Made by a program: the position numbers and the translations under genes. From contig NC_087250.1 in the NCBI RefSeq assembly GCF_037042905.1, positions 16,990,001-17,054,000 of the forward strand: 64,000 bases of DNA, written 5' to 3'. Source of the stretch: Lytechinus pictus. Its lineage: Eukaryota. Below, in pieces: positions 1 through 12,199 of this stretch (position 1 is its first letter; each line of letters opens with the position of its first letter). The notes under the pieces were generated by a model that made no database searches, was not told the origin of the DNA, and saw only the letters and a list, made by a program, of their open reading frames with translations.

Positions 1-2959
1 ATGTGTTAATAACTAATTACAGATAGCAAATATTGAAATCTTTTCTAGAGTTGAGGTGACTTAAAAATTGGTAGATGTCATGCCCCACTGATTTGTATTG
101 TGATTAGTTTGAGTATGTTTCTATTTTGCTTAAGACTGATAGAATGATTATGATAGCTCACTCATTTGCAGAATTGTGTTACCGGTATATATATCTATGT
201 GAAAGTAATAAATAGGGAATGGCCTTCTTTGCAGATCTATTTACTACATGCATTTCATAGGCTGAGGTAAACTCAATATATACAATGTACATGTATGAAC
301 TAAATTGCATACAGTGTATATGGAAGACGATATATTTGCAATTACGGACCTTTAGTTTTTCTGCTCTGCTCTGAAAGCAGCTGTAGCAAGTAATTATTTG
401 TGATCATAATGATGCAATACTTACTGTAATTTTGTGTCTTTTAATTGTCTACAGCAACTGAAGTGACCTCAGTCAAGGGTCTTCTACCCTCTTTTGTTTG
501 ATTTGAACATGATGAAATAAAGATTGGCCTCATACCCAATAGACCCGCAAAAACAACTGCTTCGCCTGATTTATGAATTTCAACCCTTATCCTCACACGG
601 GTGAGTGATCTTGCTTTTTCATGATCATAGGCCTGGGCAAAAAAATATGAACAGTTCTATGAGTATCAATGCCAAGCAATCCTGAAAGGTCAATAATGTT
701 CAATTCTCTTGATGGAGAAGACTATAATTTATCATGGCCCTATTTGCTTTTGCTTTTAGGCCAGTAAGTGTACTAACTAATATAAATAATAATTACATTC
801 CATTTATTTTAGAGTAATGATCTAATGTTGATGTTACCTATTCTACATTATCTCCCTGCAGCTTTTTGTTACCATTTTGTCATCTTTTAATTTATTTCCC
901 ACCGTGCTTTTGCATTACATAGGCCTAGTTCGGAATGATTTGTTCTTTCTCAAATGTTCTTCTTTCGTACATTTTCCCGCTTTCCTTCCTTTTCCATTAA
1001 AAATGTTTTTTTCTTCGTTTCTTTTCCCTTTCCCTTTCCTTTTCCTCCTTTCCTTTTCCCCTTTCCTTCCCCTTTCCCTTTCTTTCTACCTCCCTTTTTT
1101 CTTTTTCCCGTTTTTCTTTTATTTTCCCGGTGAAATCCGCCAGGGGGGGGGGGGGCAACTTGCCCCCCCTGCCCCCCCCCCCCCCCCGCCTGTTACGCCA
1201 CTGGCTACGGCATGGTCTTCTGATTCGTGTGAAATTAAATCGACGGGTTGGCTCCCCCACAGTCATTCCAATCGGGCGGAACGGGTAATTATCATAGGTC
1301 CAAGAACTCATGGGCAATGGCAGAGCTAGGGAAGCGATCTGCAGATGTAAGAGGGTTTCCTGTTTGCAATTCTCCCTCTCGATTTTTGTCACTTGTATTT
1401 CTTATTAATCTTTTTACCTCCTCATTTCTTTATTTCCTTGCATTAATTCTTCTTCCTTTTATCTTTGAATCTTTAATCCATTTTTTCCGTCGCCGCAAAT
1501 AGGAGCCCGCTTCAACCCCTATAATCATGTTGCTTTTGTTATCTTTCCTATCCTGATAATTACTGATGTGGTATAAGTGCTTTAGGTTCGTACATTAGCA
1601 ATTCGATAACTATATTTCTTCGGTACACGATTTTCCCTTTCTCTTTCTCATGTTTTTCTTAAATCTTAGTAGTTATTTTTTTTTTCTTCTCTAAATTTCT
1701 TTTCACTCATTTTCCTTTTTTATTCACTTATTTTGCTCTGTATATCTTTTCATGAAATATTGCTAGAAGGGGTTCGCAATCAGATTAAAGTTGCGGCCAA
1801 TTTAACTCCGAGCTTTTATGCTTCATTTTTCTTCATTCTCTTCTTGTTACCTGAATGAACAAAGAATAAAGAACCGTTTCAGCATGGCCACTCCATGTCT
1901 AATTCCCCTCTGTTCCCCTTTCACTCTTTCCCTTCCCCCCTTTATTTTTCCCCCATCGTCCACCAGCTCTCTTTACTTCTTTCCCCTTATTTTCTGTCTC
2001 TATCCATGTCCATATTATTTTGTCCCCCCCCCCCTCTCCCGTTGATTCTCGATCCTAAAATTCTTCCCCTTTCAAATTTCCTTCTTTTTTCCCCTTCATT
2101 TTCTTTCCCTATGACTTGTTAGTTTTCTTCTTCCTCTTTTCACCTTCCCTTTTGGTCCCGCTTCTTTAAAACAAGGAGATAAAGAAATCATCCCGGGGAA
2201 ATGGTTGCCCGTCCAAAAAATGAACAAACTATTAAAAACAGTTTCTAATAAATCTTTGATATATCTATGCGTAATAGTGTCAAGCTGTTCCGGTCATATT
2301 TATTTTATCATTCTATTTCCTTCTGTCTTTTTTTTTTTTTTTTTTTTTTTTTTGGGGGGGGGGCTCTCGACATTTGTTTCAGATGCGAGTTATAATGAAC
2401 ATTACAAATTGACGTGAATTCTACGAATGGCTTAGGCCTACGAAACGAAAATGTGCGGAATCTTATTTTCCCACCTAAAACATCATGAATTGACTCTCTT
2501 CCAATTGCAAAAAAAGAGAGGTTTTCATGTTTATTGCAGCAAATTCGAAAGATCCGTATCGATTTATGACACGTGTGTGATTTTTTATTAAGCTACCGTG
2601 GCTTTATGAATGCACCCGAACTTCCATTACAGACATGATAGATGCGAACCACAGTTCAGAACAGTGACCCGAACTCTCCGATCCGACAGTCAATATGAAG
2701 GCACGCATTTGTTTTGGTCGTAGAGGGAGCTATTTAGAATAGATTCTTCGGTATTTCGACAGAAATTAAGACTTGCAGGAAAGACGAACAAAAGAACGGT
2801 GGCATCAATGGGCCTTTGATGGCGGCCGTTCCTTTGAAGAGAAGGGAACGTTGGGCAGGAAAGCCGAAGCGAAAACCCGGATGCAGGAAAGACGGTATAG
2901 AACGGTGCATGGACTTTTGACAAGCTCCCTTAAAAAAAGGCCTTAAAAACATTTGTCCA

Positions 2960-3285
2960 GACTTCTTGTAATTTTTAGTTCAGATTCCTCATTCTTGCTT
3001 TCTTAATTTGTTATCATGTGTATATATTGTAAATACGTTTTTTTTCTTACTTTTTCACATTTTGTCTTTATTGTAAGTCAACTAAGTTTTTCTTTTCCTG
3101 TATTATATTTACATGTATATCTATGTAAGGGACCCCTCTGTAAAACAGCGTTGATATGTTATCAACGCTGAGTAGGGCAATCCCTCCGTCTTTTTAATGA
3201 TCATTTCTTTGTAATTGTAAATATATCTATCGTTGTTGTAATTTTTAATTGACGGAAAATAAATACAATACAATACAATACAACA
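2960..3285 (+). mobile_element. 3' UTR/tail fragment of a CR1/L2-type LINE
   Basis: T-rich UTR with the stem-loop CAGCGTTGATA-TGT-TATCAACGCTG (about 3147-3171), then AATAAA and a (CAATA)n tail at about 3258-3285. A short-repeat tail is typical of CR1/L2-clade 3' ends. Confidence 0.5.
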
Positions 3286-3607
3286 CTAACCCTAATGAAA
3301 TTGACTTTTCCGTAATCCTAATAAATGGACCTTACGTATAAATGGCCTTTACGTACATGACGTATCTTAAACGCAACTCTCAACATCCATATTATCGCAA
3401 TTATTCCAAACATTCGTATTCTGAACGCAGCCCTCAATATCAGTATTATCGCAACTATTCCAAACATTCGTATTCTGAACATTATGCGATATTTAGAACA
3501 TCAGCATCGTCAGTATTATCACAATTATTTTCCACATCAGTATCATCAAAATTCCTCATGTATTCCAAACACCACCATCGTCAACATTATCACTGTTATT
3601 ATCATTG

Positions 3608-3970
3608 CAATTTGTTTGGCGTCACCTGTGCCTGGGAGGTGAATCTAAAGTGAACTGAATCTCTTCCCGATATAACTGATTTGGGGAGTGCAATTGGACC
3701 ACTTCACCGGGGTTTCCCCCTACTCTTATGCGAATAGTGCAATGGGTTCTTAACGTACAAAGGTGGTGACTCTCCTCTACACGGGGCCTCAGTTCAACAT
3801 CCTATCCGAGGGACGGTTTGTTTTCCACTGTAACATAGCCTGCATCTATGGAACAGGGGAGAGGCGTTTACACACAAAGCAGGCTTCAGTCATCCGCCTG
3901 GGGTGGACTCGAACCCACGACCTGTGGTTCGACAAGCAGACGCTTAACTGACCGAGCCAACATCGCTCTC
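3608..3970 (-). mobile_element. tRNA-derived SINE with a Deu central domain (DeuSINE)
   Basis: The minus strand begins with a tRNA-like head (A-box-like TGGCTCGGTCAG, B box GGTTCGAGTCC). The body reads CCGTCCCTCGGATAGGATGTTGAACTGAGGCCCCGT...GTACGTTAAGAACCCATTGCACTATTCGCATAAGAGTAGGGGGAAACCCCGGTG, which closely resembles the Deu domain of AmnSINE1/SINE3-type elements as I recall it. Confidence 0.8.
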
Positions 3971-3979
3971 AGTTATTAT

Positions 3980-4280
3980 GTGGAGCGTTGTGGCCCAGTG
4001 GATTAGTCTCCGGACTTTGAAACAGAGGGTCGTGGGTTCGAATCCCAGCCATGGCGTAATTTCCTTCAGCAAGAAATTTATCAACATTGTGCTGCACTCG
4101 ACCCAGGTGAGGTGAATGGGTACCCGGTAGGAAGAAATTCCTCGAATGCTCGAGCGCCCGATAAAGGTAGCCGTGCTAAAGCCGGGGTAATAATAGCAGG
4201 GCCCGCTGGGAGAACAGTTTTCGGAACTGAAGTGGCTACCCTGGGTAAATATGCCGCTATTATTAGTAGTATTATTATTT
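3980..4280 (+). mobile_element. tRNA-derived SINE
   Basis: A box TGGCCCAGTGG, B box GGTTCGAATCC, central GACCCAGGTG...AATGGGTACC motif, 3' tail GCAGGGCCCGCTGG...CTGAAGTGGCTACCCTGGGTAAATA followed by (ATT)n. Confidence 0.85.
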
Positions 4281-6109
4281 TGAGCATCAGCATCATTAAC
4301 CTTATCACCGTTATTTCAAACACCAGCATCATTGGTATTATCAGTATATATCAAACATTAGCATCGTCTACATTATCACCTTTATATCAATCACCAGCAT
4401 CATCAGTATTATTAGAATTATCTTTCACATCAGAAACATCACCATCGTAAACAGTATCACCGTTATTTTAATCAGATCAGCATCATTTCTATCATTACCG
4501 AGTACAACTACGTCTGTCATACGAACACACAAACAAGAAATAAGGCAAGAGTCTTACGAAAATGTATAATCTCCAATCTTCTTTTTACTTTATTCACTAC
4601 GATACAAATGTTGAAAGAATACTTATATAACCATTTTGAAAGATTGCAAGCCTTTACATTGGAGTAAAAACCAAATTAGTTTCAAATCGTAGCCAATCGT
4701 ACGACTGCTTTGACGTCATTACGACTAGATATCAAATATGCTTTTATTCTAAGAAGGATGATACAGATTTTAACATGTGTATTCGTATGATGATTTCGAA
4801 CATTACACACTAAGCTATTCCAAGTCTCAATATTAGCATGAGTCGCAACCCAATCGTAAGGTGTGTGGTCGCCTTTATCAATATTGAAATCACTTGTCAT
4901 AATAATTTATCGTTTATCATTACCAAGTATGTCAAGGGTTTGAGAGTAAAATCAATGAATGATGTGACATCAGTACTTGGCTTTCTTTATAATAAAAAAA
5001 AACACTTATCGTGTTTAATAAACAACACTTAAAAAACACTTAGAAACAAATTATCCTGTTTATGTCTTAGTAATCAATAAGGTATTTACATGTTTATGTA
5101 TCTGCAGACAGAACAAATGTCATTTCTTAGAGAACTTTATATCAGTTTAAATGAAAAGCAAACGCCAAAAGTTTGCAAAATCATAATGAAATGGATATCC
5201 ATGTTTCTAATATAGTTATTACTGAAAAACTATTTCTTATAGTATATTAGTGTTACGAAAAACAAATAATAAATTATATTAATTATTAATTTGATTCCTT
5301 TCTTTATTTACAGGAAATGGGTGATACACTAAACAAGAATAAAAACAAATTAATAATCTTACATATCTTGAAGAGTCAATTCTGGTTAATCCTGTATTAA
5401 ATCAAAATAAAAATAAAAATCCAACTTGGCTGGCAATAATTCCTTAGATTAAAGATGAAAATGGTGCAAGTCCAATTTTTTGGGCGAAATTAAATTAAAT
5501 ATTGGAAATTGTTCCTTATACAATGACCCATCTCAGAAATGCCTTAAATAAAAGAGGAAAATCTGGTATGAGTGTAAGAAAAGCCCAAGTCTAGGGCTTG
5601 GGCTTTTCTTAAATTCATATCATAGCGTCCTCTCTAGTTACTTTTACTTCTTACTACAGAAGTCTAAGATGTATTGTATACTAATATAAGAATGACCCAA
5701 GTCCATATGATTCTCAAAACGATCCAAGTCCACCAGACAAAAGGCCCCGCCCACAAGTAATGTGAAATGAAAATTTTGAAGGTTATTGCAGCTTTGCATA
5801 ATGTAATCGGATGTGAAAACACATTATAGCAACTCATGTACATGTATGTAAGCAAAATGAGATGATGAAAGTTGGTATATACGTACGTCCATGACATAAA
5901 ATCACAAAAAAAAAAATACAAGTTTGACATATTATAAAACAATACAAAAAAAATATGATTGAACAGCATGAATAACAAGGATACATGTCCAAATCAAATA
6001 ATTACAAATAATGAAAAGGTTACATAGAAATAACAATAAAGACAACAGTTTAAATCAATGAATTCCGAATGAGGAATAAATATCGGAAAATTTTATACAA
6101 AACGAAAAT

Positions 6110-7380
6110 TGTGAAAGCTCACTTTGATTTATTTTAATAGAGAATGATCCTTCCAAAAGATTTTGGTAGTTTATTTTGATTTCACTTTCCGTTATTGTTT
6201 GCATAGTTTCTCACATCATCTTCATTTCTTATAACCTTTTTCTTATGTTCACTTCCTTTAAGCAGAGCGATTATTCTACCATCATTCCCCGGGGCAGCTT
6301 CAACATCGGGATGACTTATCGTGGAAGTCATGTGTTTTTATTCATGTTATTTGTAGTCGTAAGATCTTCAAACATCGTTCTCTTCTGTCCTTTCAATTTT
6401 TTACTGTTTGCCATCACTTCTTGACGTTTTCGATAGGACTTGAATTTCATTATTATTTCACGTGGTGATCTAAAGGACAAGTCCATCCCGAAAAATCAGT
6501 TGATTTGAATAAAAAGAAGAAAATCCAACAAGCGTAACACTGAAACAGTTTATGCACATCCTGGTCGGCATGCAAATGAGGAGACTGATGACATCATCCA
6601 CTCACTATTATGTGGATTTTATAATATGAAATATGAAATATTATTATTTTCTCCTCATTATCAAGTGAAACAACAATTATTTCCTCCCTGAACATGCGGA
6701 ATTGGCATTGTTTAATATTATATGGATTAGTCAGGATGGTCCTTAATTTTCAAATCTAAAAAAAAATTAAATATTGTATAAATCGAAAAAAAAAGTGAGT
6801 GAGGGACATCATCGTCTGTCTCATTTGCATACTTTGAGTTGTGCATATTACTGTTTGGTGAAAAATAAGCGAAACTTTAGAATGCCATAACTTCCTTTTT
6901 TTTACCTCCTATTTCGAGAAAATTTTCAGCGTTATGTTTGTTTGATATTACTTTTATTTAAATCAACATTTTTCTTTAAAGGTCAAGTCCACCCCACAAA
7001 AATGTTGAAAAATGTGCTGCTCCGGCTTCTGAAGCTCGCTCTGGTGGGCCAACTCGGTGACTTCTTTCTATGTCCTCAAGCTTGAGGTCGACCTTGTGGG
7101 TATCCTTTATCTTTTTTGTCCATATATTTTCTGTTACTTTCTCTTTTTCTCTCAGGACATTAAAACAAAATAGAAGACAATTCCGACGTGAATATTGTTC
7201 TTGTGCGTTGATGTTCTGCCTGATCCCTTTTGTCTTGTCTGTCTGCTCATTTGCTCTTTTATTTAGGCCTTTTATTTCCTTTTCTTTGGTAGCTTTGCTG
7301 ATCTGTATAAAGTCCATTATCTCTGATTTCTACTTTTTCAATAGTTTCTTTAGAATGCTACAAGGCATATTGTTCAGTAG
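6110..7380 (-). pseudogene. Decayed LINE ORF1 (CR1/L2-type, Tnp22/RRM-like), interrupted by a MITE
   Basis: ORF 6976-7317 contains EQYSRRNCLLF...LEDIERSHRVG. Beyond the 6471-7010 insertion, the minus strand continues PREIIMKFKSYRKRQEVMANSKKLKGQKRTMFEDLT. Both are hallmark motifs of this ORF1 class. Confidence 0.75.
6471..7010. mobile_element. Kolobok-like MITE (TAA-AGG end) with the start of a second tandem copy
   Basis: Starts TAAAGGACAAGTCCATCCC at 6471. A second start, TTAAAGGTCAAGTCCACCCC, follows at about 6976. Internal inverted segments include TGCAAATGAG...CTCATTTGCA. Confidence 0.55.
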
Positions 7381-7535
7381 GATGTCCTTAACGACTTATT
7401 CTGTGAGAGTTGAATTTTCCTTTGAATGCGATCTGGTGGTTACGAGATAGGTTGACATGCTGGACAATCGGAAGTTTATCTTGAGTAGATTGGAAAGTCG
7501 TCTTGTTGAAACAGCACAATGGGGTTAAGGCCCAG

Positions 7536-8977
7536 GGGCGGTATTCTGAGGTCATTTTATCTTTAAAATATTTTATTTTATCTCTTAAAATGAAATTGGT
7601 ATTCTGAGATGACATTTTATCTCTCAGATAAAATTTATAATTTTATCTTGCGTATAAATGTTATCTTGCGTAAATATTGATGATACGCAACAGAACAGTG
7701 CCTGGGTAGACATACCCATCGCGTATCTGGGTATTGCAACGCGGATGATGTGCTTGCGCCCAAGTTACTTTGAAGGAAAAAAAACTTAAAAGAGGGTAGG
7801 GGTATTTTATCTCCGCGACGTTGATTTCACCAATATTTCTAGGTGAAATAACCCCAAATGTTGACATGAAAATGAAGAAAAATTATATATTTATTGAGAA
7901 TAACACCTTAACGTTATTCCTGTACAATCAGAAAGTATTTCATAAGACTTGTCTTGACTAATATTGTCTTTGAAATTATGCTTGAAAAGATGCGATATAG
8001 ACTTAGAAAAAGGATGAGAGTATTGTCCTTTTTGTTAAGAAGAAATCTCTGTGAAGACGCGCAAGCGTATAGTGCAAGCGTATTTGAAGTCAATAAATTC
8101 ACGCAATCTCACCCCTTTGCCACACCTCCTGGCGAAAAGGATTTCAATTTCAATTTATCTGAGATCCATTTTATCTCGGATAAAATAAAATATTTTATCT
8201 CCGTTAAAATCAGTGAGATAAAATACCCTTAAAATCTCTCCGAATTGGTATTCTGAGAACAATTCTATCTCCATTTTATCTCTGTAAGACACACCTATTT
8301 TTTAATCAATATCCAATTAGAAACGCGCTTTTATAGCTCTCTCATATCACTCAACCAATGGAAATCCATTCCGCTAGGAGGTGTGGCGAAGGAGTGCGAT
8401 TGCGTCAATTTATTGACTTCAATACGCTTGCACTATACGCCTGCGCGTCTTTACAGAGATTTCTTTTTAACAAAAATGGCAATACTCTCATCTTTTTTTC
8501 GAAGTCTATATCGCATCTTTTCAAGCATCATTTCAAAGACAATATTAGTCAAGAAAAGTCTTATGAAATACTTCCTGATTGTACAGGAATAACTTTAAGG
8601 TGCTGTTCTCAATGAATATATCATTTTTCTTAATTTTCATGCCAACATTTGGAGTTAATTCACCTAAAAATATTGACGAAATCAACGTCGTGGAGATAAA
8701 ATAGCCCTTACCCTCTTTTAAGTTTATTTTATTTTTTTCTTCAAAGTAACTTGGGCGCAAGCACATTACCTGCGTTGCAATGGCCAGATACGCGATGGGT
8801 ATGTCTACGCAGCCACTGCTCTGTTGCGTATCATTATAGATCCGCAAGATAAAATTTATAAGCAAGATAAAATTTCAAATTTCATCTGAGAGATAAAATG
8901 TCATCTCAGAATACCGATTTTATTTTAAGAGATAAAATAAAATATTTTAAAGATAAAATGACCTCAGAATACCGCCC
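7536..8977. mobile_element. PIF/Harbinger-type non-autonomous foldback element with about 600-bp inverted arms
   Basis: TIR GGGCGGTATTCTGAGGTCATTTTATC and its reverse complement ending at 8977. TSD CAG at 7533-7535 and 8978-8980. Arms at about 7536-8135 and 8370-8977 are imperfect reverse complements, which explains the mirror-image ORFs 7388-/8898+ and 7914-/8383+. Confidence 0.9.
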
Positions 8978-9004
8978 CAGGTCATTAAATATTGAACTAC
9001 TACT

Positions 9005-10469
9005 CAGGCGCGTAGCCAGGGGGGCGGTGGGGGCGGTCGCCCCCCCCCCCAAAAAAAAAAAAAAAAAAAAAAAAAAAACGTCCCCAAAAAGAAAAAAAAA
9101 GAAGGGAAAAAAAGAGAGGAGAAAAGGAAAAGGGAAGGGAGGAAAGGGAAGAAAGGTAGCTTTGTGTTTTTTTTTGTTTTTTTCTCAAAAGAGAAACTTC
9201 TTCACTCTTGCTCTAAATTTATATATGAATTTTCCTTCCGCGCTGCGCGCGGTTAAATGACAATACTGAAGTTCTCCGTTGTTTCCCGACCCTGCTTTTC
9301 CACCTCAGCTATATGTGTTTCTTGCCAGTTAAAGTTCAAATGTATACATTAGGGAATGAAATTAGAGTAAGGTTAGGCCGAAGTATTTGAAGTTATCTTT
9401 TTTTTTAGTTGATCGCGCAACTTCTGGTCGGGTCGGTCCGGGCGGGTAAAATCTTTATATCAATTTTTGCCGTCACCTCCATAAAGTCAACTTCTCCCGC
9501 TTTCCAGCTCATTACTAAACAACCATAATTTTGGAGCAAACAGGTTCCTAATTTTAAAAGTGGAAGGTATAAAATTCGTGTCGTATTAAATAAAAAAGTA
9601 AAATATTTTTTAGCAAATTCTATTAAACTTCATGTCATTTCCCTGCACATTCATCTCCTGTCCTGTTTTGCGCCCTCAGTTTGAAATTTTGAATGACACT
9701 TAGGTTTCTTTATAATTCAAAATGAAGCGCTTCAGGATAAGTCAAAGAAATTAGGCATCCTTTTTTATATAATTTCAATAAATCACAGAAGTTTCAACTT
9801 TTTGCGCACTATTTTCCTTGTAATGAAGTTCAATAATCTTAGAAAATCAATTGAATTAGAGCCGATGGGGTATTAGAGATATCTGCATTTGATGAAACGC
9901 CCGCTCTTTGAAATTCCAGAGTTTCATTGCTCTGCGTGGGGAGGAATATCTTTCTCCCGGCATATACTCTTCTTCTCCTCTGTTTTGCGAGTTAAAGATA
10001 TGCACTGTCGCTAAATTGTTTGTAATCAAATCTGATATTTCCAAGGGAAGTATTCAATATATCATTGAATATACCCTTTTCTCGGGACCCTTTCATGGCA
10101 AAAAAAAATGATAAAACGCTTCAGCTTCCGCGCTTCGCGCAGGATTATTATTATATTAATTTCCTCCATTGTATTCCTTTTTTGTGCGTTCACAATCACT
10201 TTTGAAAACAAGGTTTTGAAAACAAGGTTCAAAATCACAATATAGTCAACTGAATTGGAGCTGATATAGGTACTAGAGACAAGAAAGACGGCTCCTTTTC
10301 ATTTTAATTTATGAACACCAAAAGCTTCGCGCTTCGCGAAGGAGGGGGAAACTCCCCCTCCCTGCACCCACCCCCTAGGGAGCGCGCTTTGCGCGCTCTG
10401 TAAGTGTTGGCAGCAGGCTTCGCGTGCATTTACCGCCCCCTCCAAAATGAAATCCTGGCTACGCGGTTG
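9005..10469. mobile_element. hAT-type non-autonomous DNA transposon
   Basis: TIRs CAGGCGCGTAGCCAGG and CCTGGCTACGCGGTTG. Perfect 8-bp TSD CTACTACT (8997-9004, 10470-10477). G/C-run subterminal blocks. Confidence 0.85.
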
Positions 10470-11141
10470 CTACTACTATTTAGAAAAGTAAACCACTATC
10501 CAAGCCAGGAAGCCATAAAGTAATATGACAAAGTTCTCCCCCATTTATCAAGCTATACATCAAAAAGTAAACCACTATAAAGTAATCTGAATATTTTTCC
10601 CATTTATGAAATTGATGAAAAACTCCAAAAATCAGATGTTAAATCAACATTAAAAAGGTTGGAGTAGCAAACTTTCCTAATGTTGCATTTACCACTTAAA
10701 ATGGTTCGACCTATAACACAAAAAATGTATGATTAAGCTATATGAAAGTGAAATCATATACTAATCTACTACTTACTATACACAGCAATACAATATTTTC
10801 TTTCATTTTCACCGCTTACCAGCTGAGTATTTTGCTTTAAAATACCTCCATTATGCCTTCTTGTACTTTTTAAACGGGATTAAGACCTTGACAGCTTGTG
10901 TTAGAAGCGTTGTGATCCCAAAGGTTTGTAAAAAATAGAGGATTTTTCTGCTTTTTTATGTTACTCATGTTTTCCCTCACTTCTATCACATAGATATATC
11001 GTAAATATCTCTTCCTGCAAGTTTGAATTGATGAAATCTTTGGACTATTTTTCGCCATATTTTATTCCCCGCTTATTTTGCGCAGATTTCCAATTCTGCA
11101 TTCTGATTATGCTGAACATTTTTTTTCCTGACATAGCAATA

Positions 11142-11955
11142 CAGTGCGTCCCAGAAAAAAAGAAACTGAGATTAAGCGATGATCTATCATAACTTAATCA
11201 CAAATACAATAGACAAATGACCTACCAATGTAAAGCTAAGAATCTCTTCTTTCATCTGATATTACTTAGATTATTCTCCATTCACGCATGAGTGTGCAAA
11301 AAAAATTGAAGAAAGGATACCAAAAACTCATTTGGCGGGGGGTATCTGAATTTCAAAAAGAAAATCACATGCCTAACGAGTTCAATATCTGTTGTTTTAT
11401 TTGATACCTTGATCACAAAAAATGGTCAAAAAGTAAAAAAGTTATGTTCCCTCGAAAAAATGCTTGTATTTCCATAATTTCATTAAATAAACGTGTTATC
11501 ACTGGTTTCCCACAGAAGCTATCGCATGGTTAACAAAAGACTTAATGCATGGCTGATCATCAACAAAACGGAGTGTAAAGTGAGTTTGAACGCTAGCCTG
11601 TGGAACCTCTTAATTTTATGAAATTATTGAAATTCAAGCCTTATTTCAAATAACCAGAACTTTGTTATTTCTTGACCATTTTCTGTAATTGAGGTATCAA
11701 ATAAAGGGCAGATATTGAACTTTTTAAAAATGTGGTTTTCTTTTTGAAATCCAGATACAGCCCGCCAAATGACTTTGTGGTATCCCCTCTTCAAATTGTT
11801 TTTGCTCACTCATGCGTGAATAAGAAATAATCTAAGTAATTTCAGATGAAAGAAGAGATTCTATAAGCTTTATATTGGTAGGTCATTTGTCTATTGTTAT
11901 TAAGTTATGATAAATCATCGATAAATCTCGGCTTCGTTTTTTGTGGGACGCACTG
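11142..11955. mobile_element. Tc1/mariner-type MITE with long inverted arms
   Basis: TA|CAGTGCGTCCCA...TGGGACGCACTG|TA. The arms are reverse-complementary over about 300 bp. A deleted relative lies at about 37080-37395. Confidence 0.85.
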
Positions 11956-12199
11956 TATAGACCAAATAAAAGCCAATCAAATAAACTACAAATATACAAA
12001 TAGCGAATAGGCATGAGTGCGATGGTGCGAGATTTCGCTTGAGGTGAAAGAAAGATGCTCTATTCAACGAGGCGTAAGCCGAGTTGAATAGAGTGTTTCT
12101 TTCTTTCACCGAATGCAAAATCTCGCACCATTGCACAAATAAGAATATTCGCTATTTGTGTTGTACAAGACCTCGGAGTTTAGCGAATATATGAAAAAC

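Noticed and set aside
877..1502. Overlapping 131-150 aa ORFs
   Set aside because: Low-complexity polypyrimidine and poly-G/C MITE sequence with no domain signal.
3900..4060. tRNA genes at the A/B-box sequences (also 40328-40400)
   Set aside because: They run directly into SINE bodies and tails and lack a complete acceptor stem and terminator.
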